A DNA stretch of 64,000 nucleotides from an uncultured Mollicutes bacterium (GTDB taxonomy: Bacteria > Bacillota_I > Bacilli_A > RF39 > UBA660): positions 5,228-69,227 of the forward strand of contig URRF01000002.1 in NCBI GenBank assembly GCA_900550145.1, written 5' to 3'. Each line of letters starts with the position of its first letter. Within the stretch, counting starts at the first letter, position 1. Of this stretch, positions 8,786 to 18,389 are shown piece after piece. Made by a program: the position numbers and the translations under genes. Below the pieces are notes generated by a model. The model was not told where the DNA came from. It did no database searches and was given only the letters and a program-made list of their open reading frames with translations.

Positions 8786-10396
8786 ATGAAGAAAATTAAG
8801 TTATTATTATTTCTTGTAACACTTTTTTCAGTAATAAATGTAAGTGCATTAACAAGTAAAGAAAGGTTGCAATCATATAAAGAAAAGTTATCTAATTATG
8901 AGTTTAATTTTAAATATGTTAATCAATCTGAAAATATTAAGTTAATTGAAGAAAAAAATAAAGGTACCATGTTAGGAGTTAAAGAAAACATACAAAGATA
9001 TTTCTTTAATGGTTTAATTAGAAGTGATATAGAAAGAATAATTAAATTAACTAATGAAGATGGAATAGATATTGATTGTTATCGTAAAGGTCAAACTTAT
9101 ACAATCTATGAAAATAATCAAACTCATACAGATACAGCAGACAAAGATTTTTGTAATGTAATAATATTTGATTTTAATGGAGAAAATACCGGTGAAATTA
9201 AAATAAATGGTTCTATAGAAGAAGTAAAAGGAGATGCTTTGGTACAAAAAAGAGCATCTAGCATAATTAAGAATTTAGTTGGAAATGTATATATTACAGA
9301 TATCGATATGGTTAACCACTACATAAATTACAAATCCAATTCATCAACATTCTTTGCAGGTAATAATGCAATAAAAGAATTTGCAAAATTAAAAAAAGCA
9401 AGTGAAGAAAACCCAGATTTAGATTTCTTTGTTGGTTATGAAGATACAAGAAGAGGAGATTATTTTATATCTTTTGCAGAAGGTGTAACATATATATCAA
9501 AAGATGGAATTATTTATGGATTTAGCGTTAATACTTACAATTGCGCAAACATGTTTTTCGTACCAGTTGGTACAAAAATTGAAGATTATAAAACAGTTTT
9601 AGAAAATAGAATTAAAAATTATATTAAAGATGAAAATATCACAATAAAGGTAAGTGATTTAGAAGAGTCATATAATGGAGATGTTTCAAATTATTTGCCA
9701 AATATGCTTGGAATAAAAGTAGAAGATTATTATAAAATGGTAAATACAACATTTGAAAAAGAATTAGAAAAAGCTAATGATAATGATAGAGTATATTTAG
9801 AACAAAATGGACAAGCAATAATGATGAAAGCTTATAAACTTACTATAAATGATACTGAATATGAAATTGGTATAGCAGAACTTGATGAAAAAATTAATGA
9901 ATTTGGAAAAATATTATCAATTGATAATAAAACAGGAATAATTATAAGAACTGGTTCTAGTAACGTTCCATTAGATGCATCTATTTTAGTGGATAAATAC
10001 GAATTAAATGAAAAAGAAATTGAATATTTAACTAATATTGGATACGAAAGTATAAATTCATATAATTTAAAATTATATTCAAAAATTTTAGATAAAGTAA
10101 TTAGTGAGTTTAATAATAAAAGTGAAATATTAATACCAATAGATAATATAGATACAACAGATTTAAAAGTAATATATTTAAGTGATGATGGAAAAACACA
10201 TGAAACATATGATATTAAAAAAGTAACTTACGAAGGTAAAAATTATATATCATTTAGTACAGGACATTTTAGTAATTATGTATTAGTACAATCTACTATT
10301 AAAAATCCAAATACTGGTGATAATATATATTACTTATTCATATTACTAACAATAAGTATATTAGGAACATTATATATAAAGAAAAAATGCAATTAA
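8786..10396 (+). CDS. cell-surface protein with signal peptide and C-terminal NPNTG sortase (SrtB-type) sorting signal
   Basis: N-terminal signal peptide. C-terminus is NPNTG, then a hydrophobic stretch, then KKKCN. Confidence 0.55.
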   Translation: MKKIKLLLFLVTLFSVINVSALTSKERLQSYKEKLSNYEFNFKYVNQSENIKLIEEKNKGTMLGVKENIQRYFFNGLIRSDIERIIKLTNEDGIDIDCYRKGQTYTIYENNQTHTDTADKDFCNVIIFDFNGENTGEIKINGSIEEVKGDALVQKRASSIIKNLVGNVYITDIDMVNHYINYKSNSSTFFAGNNAIKEFAKLKKASEENPDLDFFVGYEDTRRGDYFISFAEGVTYISKDGIIYGFSVNTYNCANMFFVPVGTKIEDYKTVLENRIKNYIKDENITIKVSDLEESYNGDVSNYLPNMLGIKVEDYYKMVNTTFEKELEKANDNDRVYLEQNGQAIMMKAYKLTINDTEYEIGIAELDEKINEFGKILSIDNKTGIIIRTGSSNVPLDASILVDKYELNEKEIEYLTNIGYESINSYNLKLYSKILDKVISEFNNKSEILIPIDNIDTTDLKVIYLSDDGKTHETYDIKKVTYEGKNYISFSTGHFSNYVLVQSTIKNPNTGDNIYYLFILLTISILGTLYIKKKCN

Positions 10397-10417
10397 ACTA
10401 TTTTTTCTATAAAAATA

Positions 10418-10446
10418 TTGAAAATAAGCAAAAAAAGTATTATAAT
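10418..10446 (+). promoter_or_regulatory. sigma-A type promoter for the leuS leader
   Basis: TTGAAA, 17-nt spacer, TATAAT. Confidence 0.55.
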
Positions 10447-10650
10447 CACATCATATTTATTTTGCAATGAAGAGAAATAGTAATAAATGATTTACTTAAA
10501 GAGAGTTAGTGGCAGGTGTAAACTAATAGTAATAGTTTATGAATTAAACTTGGAGCAAAATCGGATAAAACCGTTATAAAATGAGAGCATAAAATCTATG
10601 AACTAAGGTGGTACCGTTCAAGTTGAACCCTTAGATTATAGATTTTTTTT
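10447..10650 (+). promoter_or_regulatory. T-box riboswitch leader (Leu) with terminator/antiterminator
   Basis: T-box sequence AACUAAGGUGGUACCG (bulge UGGU complementary to the tRNA NCCA end). The terminator is ATCTATGAACTAAGG...CCTTAGATTATAGAT plus T8. A candidate specifier CUU-A lies in the upstream stem region. Confidence 0.7.
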
Positions 10651-10660
10651 AGGAGGAAAT

Positions 10661-13057
10661 ATGTATAATTTTAAAGAAATCGAAAAAAAATGGCAAAATT
10701 ATTGGGATAAGAACAACAGTTTTAAAACAAGCGATGACATGAGTAAAAAGAAATTTTATGGACTTGTTGAATTTCCATATCCAAGTGGTGCAGGAATGCA
10801 TGTGGGACACATAAAAGCATATAGTGGCCTTGAAGTTATAGCAAGAAAAAGAAGAATGGAAGGATATAACGTATTATTTCCTATTGGCTTTGATGCTTTC
10901 GGACTTCCTACTGAAAACTATGCAATAAAGACAAAAACTCACCCCAGAATAGTAACTGATAACAATATAAAAAGATTTACAGAGCAATTAAAAAAAGTTG
11001 GTTTTTCATTTGATTTTTCAAGAGCAATAGATACATCAGAAGAAAAATATTACAAATGGACACAATGGATATTCCTAAAAATGTATGAAAAAGGTCTTGT
11101 ATTTAAAGACAATACCTATGTTAACTATTGCCCTAGTTGTAAAGTAGTACTATCAAATGAAGATAGCCAAGGAGGAAAATGTGATATATGTCATTCAGAT
11201 ATTATTCAAAAACAAAAATTGGTATGGTATTTAAGAATAACAGAATATGCTGATAAATTACTTGATGGACTAAAAGAAGTAGATTATTTACCAAATATAA
11301 AACTTCAACAAGAGAACTGGATAGGTAAAAGCACTGGTGCATTTGTTGATTTTAAATTAAAAGAAGTAGATGAAACCTTAAGAATATATACAACTAGATG
11401 TGATACATTATTTGGAGTAACATTTATGGTTATCGCACCGGAACATCCTATAATAACTAAATATAAAGATAGAATTTCGAACATAAATACAGTTAAAGAA
11501 TATCAAGAAAAAGCAAGTAAAAAAACTGAATTTGAAAGAACTCAACTTATAAAAGACAAAACAGGAGTTAAAATAGAAGGAATAACAGCAATAAATCCAG
11601 TAAACAAAAAAGAAATACCAATATATATATCAGATTATGTAATGATGAACTATGGAACAGGTGCAATTATGGCAGTGCCTGCACACGATATGAGAGATTA
11701 TGAATTTGCACAGAAGTTTAATATAGACATTATACCAGTTATAAAAGGTGATACAAAAGATGGCGCATATATTGGTGATGGTATTCATATAAATTCAGAA
11801 TTCCTAAATAATTTAAACAAAGAAGATGCAATAGAAAAAATGCTTTTATATTTAAAAGAAAATGGTATTGGAGAAAAAGGTGTTCAATATAAGATGAAAG
11901 ATTGGGCATTCAATAGACAAAGATATTGGGGAGAACCAATTCCAATAATTTATTGTAATAAATGCGGAACAGTACCAGTTCCATATGAACAACTTCCACT
12001 AAAATTACCTAATATAACAAACTTTGAACCAGGAACAAATGGAGAAAGCCCACTTGCTAAAATTAGTGAATTCGTTAATTGTAAATGTCCAAAATGTGGT
12101 AGTGATGCAAAAAGAGAAACAGATACTATGCCACAATGGGCCGGATCCTCTTGGTATTATTTAAGATATATAGATCCATTAAATGATAAATGTTTTGCAG
12201 ATTACGATAAACTAAAATATTGGTTACCAGTTGATTGGTATAATGGTGGAATGGAACATGTTACAAGACACCTAATATATTCAAGATTTTGGCATAAATT
12301 TCTATATGACCTAAACGTAGTCCCAACAAAAGAACCATATAAAAGAAGAACTGCACAAGGTTTAATACTTGGACCAGATGGAGAAAAAATGAGCAAATCA
12401 AGAGGAAATGTAATTGATCCACTGGACATAATAGAAGAATATGGTGCAGATACACTTAGAACTTATGTGCTTTTTATGGGAGATTATAGTGTAGAATGTC
12501 CTTGGAATGAAGATGCAATAAAAGGAGTATTTAGATTCCTAGATAGAGTGTATAACTTAAAAAATAGAGTAAAAGAAGATAATAATTATACAAAGTCACT
12601 TGAAATTATAATAAACAAAACAATAAAAAAAGTTTCAAATGACATAGAAAACATGAAATTTAATACAGCAATAGCAGAACTTATGAAACTAATAAACACA
12701 TATTACGAATTAGAAAACATAACTACAAAAGATTATGAAACACTAATCAAATTATTATATCCATTCGCACCTCACATAACAGAAGAATTAAATAAAGAAG
12801 TTTTAAACAAAGATTCCTTAGTATATTCTAGTTATCCAACATATGAAGAAGAAAAAACAAAAGAAGATACATTTGAAATGATCATTCAAGTAAATGGCAA
12901 ATTAAGAGATAAAATAATAACTAAAACAGATATTACGGAAGAAGAAATGAAATCACTTGCACTTAATTCAGAAACTATAAAAAAATATACACTTGATAAA
13001 CAAATAATCAAAATAATAGTAGTAAAAGGAAAACTTATAAATATAGTAGTAAACTAG
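10661..13057 (+). CDS. leuS: leucyl-tRNA synthetase
   Basis: HMGH (HVGHIKAY) and KMSKS motifs; 798 aa; class I LeuS editing and anticodon domains. Confidence 0.95.
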   Translation: MYNFKEIEKKWQNYWDKNNSFKTSDDMSKKKFYGLVEFPYPSGAGMHVGHIKAYSGLEVIARKRRMEGYNVLFPIGFDAFGLPTENYAIKTKTHPRIVTDNNIKRFTEQLKKVGFSFDFSRAIDTSEEKYYKWTQWIFLKMYEKGLVFKDNTYVNYCPSCKVVLSNEDSQGGKCDICHSDIIQKQKLVWYLRITEYADKLLDGLKEVDYLPNIKLQQENWIGKSTGAFVDFKLKEVDETLRIYTTRCDTLFGVTFMVIAPEHPIITKYKDRISNINTVKEYQEKASKKTEFERTQLIKDKTGVKIEGITAINPVNKKEIPIYISDYVMMNYGTGAIMAVPAHDMRDYEFAQKFNIDIIPVIKGDTKDGAYIGDGIHINSEFLNNLNKEDAIEKMLLYLKENGIGEKGVQYKMKDWAFNRQRYWGEPIPIIYCNKCGTVPVPYEQLPLKLPNITNFEPGTNGESPLAKISEFVNCKCPKCGSDAKRETDTMPQWAGSSWYYLRYIDPLNDKCFADYDKLKYWLPVDWYNGGMEHVTRHLIYSRFWHKFLYDLNVVPTKEPYKRRTAQGLILGPDGEKMSKSRGNVIDPLDIIEEYGADTLRTYVLFMGDYSVECPWNEDAIKGVFRFLDRVYNLKNRVKEDNNYTKSLEIIINKTIKKVSNDIENMKFNTAIAELMKLINTYYELENITTKDYETLIKLLYPFAPHITEELNKEVLNKDSLVYSSYPTYEEEKTKEDTFEMIIQVNGKLRDKIITKTDITEEEMKSLALNSETIKKYTLDKQIIKIIVVKGKLINIVVN

Positions 13058-13078
13058 TATTCATTACTAGTTTTTTTC
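13053..13078 (+). terminator. rho-independent terminator of leuS
   Basis: ACTAGTA-ttcat-TACTAGT plus T7. Confidence 0.65.
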
Positions 13079-13113
13079 ATTTTATTATTATATAATTAAA
13101 ATGGAGGTATAAA

Positions 13114-14502
13114 ATGTATGATGTGGCTATAATAGGAGCGGGCCCGGCTGGCTTATTCGCATCCTATGAACTAATTACTAAAAATAAAAATTTAAAGATA
13201 CTACTTGTAGATAAAGGCAAAAAAGCAGAAAAAAGATTCTGCCCTATGACAAAAACAGGAAAATGTATAAATTGTAACCCATGTAATATAATGAGTGGTT
13301 ACGGTGGAGCAGGAACATTTTCAGACGGAAAACTAAATTTTATTCCAAAACTAGGTAAATCAGATTTATTTAAATACATGACAGAAAGTGAAGCATATAA
13401 ACTAATAGATGAAACAGAAGAGATATTTACAAAATTTGGTATGGATGGTGAAGTATTTCCAAGTAATGTAAAAGAAGCACAAAAAATAAAAAAAGAAGTA
13501 ACTGTAAATGGAGCAAGACTGCTACTAATAAGACAAAAACATCTTGGCTCAGATAAATTACCTAAATATATAGAAGCTTTTACTGAATACCTAAGCAAAA
13601 ATGGAGTAGATATTCTAGAAAATACAGATATAACAGATATAGAAAAAGAAGACAAAAATTACAAACTAATATCAAAAAATAAAGAATTTCTAGCAAAAAA
13701 AGTAATAGTTGCACCCGGAAGAATTGGTGCTAAATGGGTACAACAAATAGCAGATAAATACAATGTTCCATATTTATCACAAAGTATTGAAATAGGAGTA
13801 AGAGTAGAAGTTAGAAAAGAAATATTAGAAGAACTTTGCAATATAATTTATGATCCAACTATATTTATAAAAACAGATACACACAATGATGAAATAAGAA
13901 CTTTCTGTACTAACCCGGGTGGATTTGTAACAAAAGAAAATTACTATGGGTATATATGTGTAAATGGACATTCACTAAAAGACATAAAATCAAATAACAG
14001 CAATTTCGCATTTATTTCAAAAGTTAATCTAACAGAACCAGTAACTAACACAAGAGAATATGGAGAAGCAATAGCAAGAATAGCAAATGTACTAGGTGAT
14101 TCAAAACCAATAATTCAGTCCCTAAAAGACCTAAGAAGAGGAAGAAGAAGTACATGGCCAAAAATAAATAAGGGCTTTATTGAACCCACACTAAAAGATT
14201 GCGTAGCAGGAGATTTATCACTCGTACTTCCACACAGAATAGTAACCAATATACTAGAAGGACTTAGCAAATTAGATAAAATAATACCAGGTGTTAATAA
14301 CGATGAAACACTATTATATGGACCAGAAATAAAGTTTTTCAGTAACGAAATAACTACAAATAACAATTTCAAATTAGAAAACGAAGATATATATTTCATA
14401 GGAGATGGAGCAGGTAAAGCAGGAAACATAGTAACAGCAGCAGCTACCGGATTAATATCAGCAAGAGACATATTAAAAAATCAAAATAAAGGAGAATTAT
14501 GA
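13114..14502 (+). CDS. FAD-dependent oxidoreductase (COG2509-like, Cys-rich insert)
   Basis: N-terminal dinucleotide fold VAIIGAGPAGL; CPMTKTGKCINCNPC cysteine cluster; GGAGTFSDGKL. Confidence 0.6.
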   Translation: MYDVAIIGAGPAGLFASYELITKNKNLKILLVDKGKKAEKRFCPMTKTGKCINCNPCNIMSGYGGAGTFSDGKLNFIPKLGKSDLFKYMTESEAYKLIDETEEIFTKFGMDGEVFPSNVKEAQKIKKEVTVNGARLLLIRQKHLGSDKLPKYIEAFTEYLSKNGVDILENTDITDIEKEDKNYKLISKNKEFLAKKVIVAPGRIGAKWVQQIADKYNVPYLSQSIEIGVRVEVRKEILEELCNIIYDPTIFIKTDTHNDEIRTFCTNPGGFVTKENYYGYICVNGHSLKDIKSNNSNFAFISKVNLTEPVTNTREYGEAIARIANVLGDSKPIIQSLKDLRRGRRSTWPKINKGFIEPTLKDCVAGDLSLVLPHRIVTNILEGLSKLDKIIPGVNNDETLLYGPEIKFFSNEITTNNNFKLENEDIYFIGDGAGKAGNIVTAAATGLISARDILKNQNKGEL

Positions 14503-15641
14503 AAAAGAAAACATCAATAGTAATAAGTATATTAACTTATCTAACAATAATACTTATATCTTGTTATTTTATAATCATACCAAATTCAAAAAAAATCAAT
14601 GAAACAAATAAAATAAAAGATCTAACTTATGATGATAAAATTAAACTAATAGACGAAATAAACGAAAAATATATTAAACAAGAAAACAACATTAATAATA
14701 AATACCAAGTAAAATTAGAGCAAATAGATGAAAAATATCAAAAATCTTACGAAGAACTTAATTCAAAATATAAAGAATTAGAAAACGATATTAATAAAAA
14801 AATTATTGACATTAATGTAGAATCTAACCAAGAATTCATGACTAATGGTTTAAGCAAAAAATATTATGAATTAAGAGACGAATGGTCTAGCTTACATAGT
14901 GAAAAATCAAACCTAACGTCATCAAAATATAAAGAAGAAAGCGAAATAAATAACAAAAAAAGAGAAGAAAAAAATACAATTACAAATAACAAAGAATCAG
15001 AAATAAAAAAATTAAACGATAAAAAAACAAATGAAATAAATAGAATTGATAATATAAATACTAATAAAAAACAAAAAATTAAAAAATGCATAATAAATAT
15101 AATTGTAGGAATTATAATAATTCTATTACCAATAATATATGTAATACTTAAATTTAATAAATTAACTAAATTATTAAATAATGTAAAAGAAAGTTGGAGT
15201 AGTGTTGATATATTACTAAAACAAAGAGCAGATTTAATTCCAAATATACTATCAGTAGTTAAAGGATATTCCAAGCACGAAAAAGATACACTAACTAAAA
15301 TTACAGAAGCAAGAAAAGAAGTGTTAAGTGCAGAAAATAAAAAAGATAGCATAAACGCTAACGAAAAATTAAGCAATGAAATTCCAAAAATACTATTATT
15401 AAAAGAAGAATATCCAGAATTAAAAGCAAACAAAAACTTTATGAAATTACAAAACAATTTAAGTGAAGTAGAAAACAATATTGCTATTTCAAGAAGTATA
15501 TATAACAAAAATGTACTTGATTACAAAAACAATATAGAAGTTTTCCCATCAAATATTATTGCAAGCATATTTAACTTTAAACCAGAACTATTTTTTGAAA
15601 TAGATAAAGAAGAAAGAGAGAACCCAACTATAAAACTTTAA
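14499..15641 (+). CDS. membrane-anchored long coiled-coil protein fused to a C-terminal LemA-family domain
   Basis: N-terminal TM helix, then a roughly 190-aa K/E/N-rich coiled coil, then a second TM helix. The C-terminus (LKQRADLIPNILSVVKGYSKHEKDTL...) is LemA-like. Confidence 0.6.
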   Translation: MKKKTSIVISILTYLTIILISCYFIIIPNSKKINETNKIKDLTYDDKIKLIDEINEKYIKQENNINNKYQVKLEQIDEKYQKSYEELNSKYKELENDINKKIIDINVESNQEFMTNGLSKKYYELRDEWSSLHSEKSNLTSSKYKEESEINNKKREEKNTITNNKESEIKKLNDKKTNEINRIDNINTNKKQKIKKCIINIIVGIIIILLPIIYVILKFNKLTKLLNNVKESWSSVDILLKQRADLIPNILSVVKGYSKHEKDTLTKITEARKEVLSAENKKDSINANEKLSNEIPKILLLKEEYPELKANKNFMKLQNNLSEVENNIAISRSIYNKNVLDYKNNIEVFPSNIIASIFNFKPELFFEIDKEERENPTIKL

Positions 15642-15711
15642 GATAAAAGTTATGCAAAATAAATGCATAATTTTTTATTGTGTAAAATAATTTAAAAATC
15701 AAAAAAAACGC

Positions 15712-15741
15712 TTGACAAACTGGGGGGGGGGGTAATATAAT
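15712..15741 (+). promoter_or_regulatory. promoter of the pilin-LRR gene with an 11-G homopolymer in the -35/-10 spacer
   Basis: TTGACA 15712-15717; G11 15722-15732; TATAAT 15736-15741 (18-nt spacer), or alternatively TAATAT 15733-15738 (15-nt spacer). Confidence 0.55.
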
Positions 15742-15777
15742 AGAGATATAATAAAAAAATAGAGGGAGAAATAAGAT

Positions 15778-16995
15778 ATGAAAAAAGGAAATGGCTTTAC
15801 ATTAATAGAATTATTAGCAGTAATAGCAATATTAGCAATAATACTAGTAATATCAATACCTAAGATATTAGATGTAATAGAAGAATCTAAAGTAAATACT
15901 TTAAAAAATACAATAAAGTTAATAGCAGATAGTGCAGAAAAGAAATATACAGAAAATGAGGCATTTGATGAAGAAGAGGATATTACTTGTGAATCTATTT
16001 CTAAATTAAGTAGTGATGATTACAAAAAATGTACAATTACATTTGATGAAGAGGGTAAAGCAAAAGTAAATATATTGTGTAAAAATAAATTTGAAGGATA
16101 TGAATGTACAGGTAATAGTGCAAATGTGACATGTAATATGGTAACAGATGAAAAATACTTTACATATGTTGAAGTAGAAGGTGGAATAGAAATAACAGAT
16201 TATAATGAAGAAGGTGGGAAAGATGTAGTGATACCAAGTATGATAGAAGGTAGTAATGTTATAAGTATAGGAACAAGGGCATTTTACAATAATCAATTAA
16301 CAAGTGTAATCATTCCAAATAGTGTTGTAAGTATAGGGAGTGATGCATTTTATTCTAATAAATTAACTAGTGTAATTATACCAAGTAGTGTTACAACCAT
16401 AGGTTGGGGTGCATTTAGAAATAATCAACTAACCAGTGTGATAATATCAGAAGGTGTTAAAGCCATAAGCGCTATTGCTTTTATGGATAATAAAATAACA
16501 AGTGTAATCATTCCAAATAGTGTTATAAAAATAGAAGGTGGTGCGTTTAATAATAATCAGTTATCAGATAATGATGCCTTCATATATAAAAGAAATAGTG
16601 ATGGAAGTATAGATAATACAACAATAGTTAGTTATGGAGGAAAGAATAAAAGTCCTATAATACCTAATACAGTTACAACTATAGGAGTAAATGCATTTTA
16701 TTCTAATAAATTAACTAGTGTAATTATACCAAGTAGTGTTACAAGTATAGAACAAAATGCATTTTATTCTAATAAATTAACAAGTGTGACTATACCAAGT
16801 AGTGTCACAAGTATAGGTAAAAATGCATTTTATAAATCAAGTTTTTCTAATTCAAACTTAACAAAAATAATAAATAAAACAGGTAAATCTTTTGATTGGG
16901 GGATTATAGTAAATGGTAGCTCTAGTACTGATTATACTTTTATAACAGGTACAGTAGTTAATAATACTGGTAATGTAGAAATAGTAAGTGAATAA
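15778..16995 (+). CDS. type IV prepilin-like N-terminus fused to BspA/TpLRR-type leucine-rich repeat domain (putative pilus-borne adhesin)
   Basis: N-terminus is MKKGNG|FTLIELLAVIAILAIIL (class III prepilin signal, G-1/F+1/E+5). The C-terminal half holds 23-aa repeats (NxFYSNKLTSVIIPSSVTSIG) with near-identical 69-bp DNA repeats. Confidence 0.7.
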   Translation: MKKGNGFTLIELLAVIAILAIILVISIPKILDVIEESKVNTLKNTIKLIADSAEKKYTENEAFDEEEDITCESISKLSSDDYKKCTITFDEEGKAKVNILCKNKFEGYECTGNSANVTCNMVTDEKYFTYVEVEGGIEITDYNEEGGKDVVIPSMIEGSNVISIGTRAFYNNQLTSVIIPNSVVSIGSDAFYSNKLTSVIIPSSVTTIGWGAFRNNQLTSVIISEGVKAISAIAFMDNKITSVIIPNSVIKIEGGAFNNNQLSDNDAFIYKRNSDGSIDNTTIVSYGGKNKSPIIPNTVTTIGVNAFYSNKLTSVIIPSSVTSIEQNAFYSNKLTSVTIPSSVTSIGKNAFYKSSFSNSNLTKIINKTGKSFDWGIIVNGSSSTDYTFITGTVVNNTGNVEIVSE

Positions 16996-17030
16996 CAAAA
17001 AAGAATTTTTTAACAAAAGATTCTTTTTTC
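16996..17030 (+). terminator. rho-independent terminator
   Basis: AAAAGAAT...ATTCTTTTTT hairpin. Confidence 0.5.
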
Positions 17031-17097
17031 TATATTTTGATTGACTTTAGAAAAACCATAATTATAATATAGGTACAAAATTATTTAGGGAGGTTTT

Positions 17098-17784
17098 ATG
17101 AAGAAGATATTATTTGGAATTATGCTATTATTTATAGCAATAGGGGTTAATGCAACTACAAATGTAGATGTAAAAAATGTAAATATTGAAAATGTTAAGG
17201 TAGAGGTAAATGAAAAAATTGGATATAATGAAGAGATAAATATAAAATATTCAATTAATCCAAGAGATGCATCAAATCTAAGCATCACATGGAGTGTAAC
17301 TGGATTAAAAAAGGGAGTTACAGTAGAATTTGTATCTGATAAAGTAACTAAAAACTCTGATGGTGAAATTAAATTAAAGGTAAATAATACTACTAATGAA
17401 GAAGTTACATTATCTTTAATAGGTGAACAAGATGGTAAAATAGTTAATCAAACTAAATTAAATGTTCAAAATAAAGAAAATACTTTAACTAGGGTAACTG
17501 AAGAAGTTAAAAATCTTATTTTAGAATTAGATGAAAAAATAAATAATAATAATTATGAAACTAATAAGGAATTAATTGAAAAAATTCAAGATTTATTAGA
17601 TAACAATCCAGAAATTAAGGATTCAATTGATGAAGAATTATTAACAAAATTTGAGGATGTAAAAACATCTGTAAATGATTTTGATATTGATAATAATAAA
17701 ACATTTGTAAAAATTGTATCTATTGTACTAGTTGTAGTATTCTCTGCATTAATATTTTGGATTTTTAAGAAAGAAGAAAAGTAA
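17098..17784 (+). CDS. secreted protein with Ig-like region and C-terminal membrane anchor (hypothetical)
   Basis: Signal peptide; SITWSVTG Big-like segment; C-terminal TM helix followed by KKEEK. Confidence 0.4.
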   Translation: MKKILFGIMLLFIAIGVNATTNVDVKNVNIENVKVEVNEKIGYNEEINIKYSINPRDASNLSITWSVTGLKKGVTVEFVSDKVTKNSDGEIKLKVNNTTNEEVTLSLIGEQDGKIVNQTKLNVQNKENTLTRVTEEVKNLILELDEKINNNNYETNKELIEKIQDLLDNNPEIKDSIDEELLTKFEDVKTSVNDFDIDNNKTFVKIVSIVLVVVFSALIFWIFKKEEK

Positions 17785-17795
17785 TTTTTCTTCTT

Positions 17796-18329
17796 TTGTT
17801 GTATAATGATAGAGGTGAGATTATGATAAATATAGTTTTATACGAACCAGAAATTCCACAGAATACTGGTAATATTATGAGAACATGTGTTGCAACTAAT
17901 TCTAAGTTACATTTAATAAAACCACTTGGTTTTAAACTTGATGATAATCATATGAGAAGATGTGCAGTTAATTATTTAGAAAACTTAAATTATGAGGTAT
18001 ACGAAAATTGGGATGATTTTAAAGATAAGAATAAAGGAACATACTATTATTTAACTAGATATGGAAAAAAACCACATACTTCATTTGATTATAGTAACAA
18101 TAAAGAAAACATATATTTAATATTTGGTAAAGAAAGTACCGGCATACCTAAAGAAATATTAAAGAATGATCTAAAACACTGTATGAGAATACCAATGACA
18201 GATAAAGTAAGGGCTTTGAACGTATCAAATTCAGTGGCTATAATGGTTTATGAAGTATTAAGACAACAAAATTTTAATGACTTATCATTTACTGAACCAT
18301 TTAAAGGGGTAGATTATTTAGAAAAATGA
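17796..18329 (+). CDS. trmL: tRNA (cytidine/uridine34-2'-O)-methyltransferase TrmL (SPOUT)
   Basis: NIVLYEPEIPQNTGNIMRTC...LNVSNSVAIMVYE is near-identical in pattern to E. coli TrmL. Confidence 0.85.
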   Translation: MLYNDRGEIMINIVLYEPEIPQNTGNIMRTCVATNSKLHLIKPLGFKLDDNHMRRCAVNYLENLNYEVYENWDDFKDKNKGTYYYLTRYGKKPHTSFDYSNNKENIYLIFGKESTGIPKEILKNDLKHCMRIPMTDKVRALNVSNSVAIMVYEVLRQQNFNDLSFTEPFKGVDYLEK

Positions 18330-18389
18330 TGATATAATTCTCTTAGAATAGGATGTGATATTATTAAAAAGTATATATTATTACTTATT

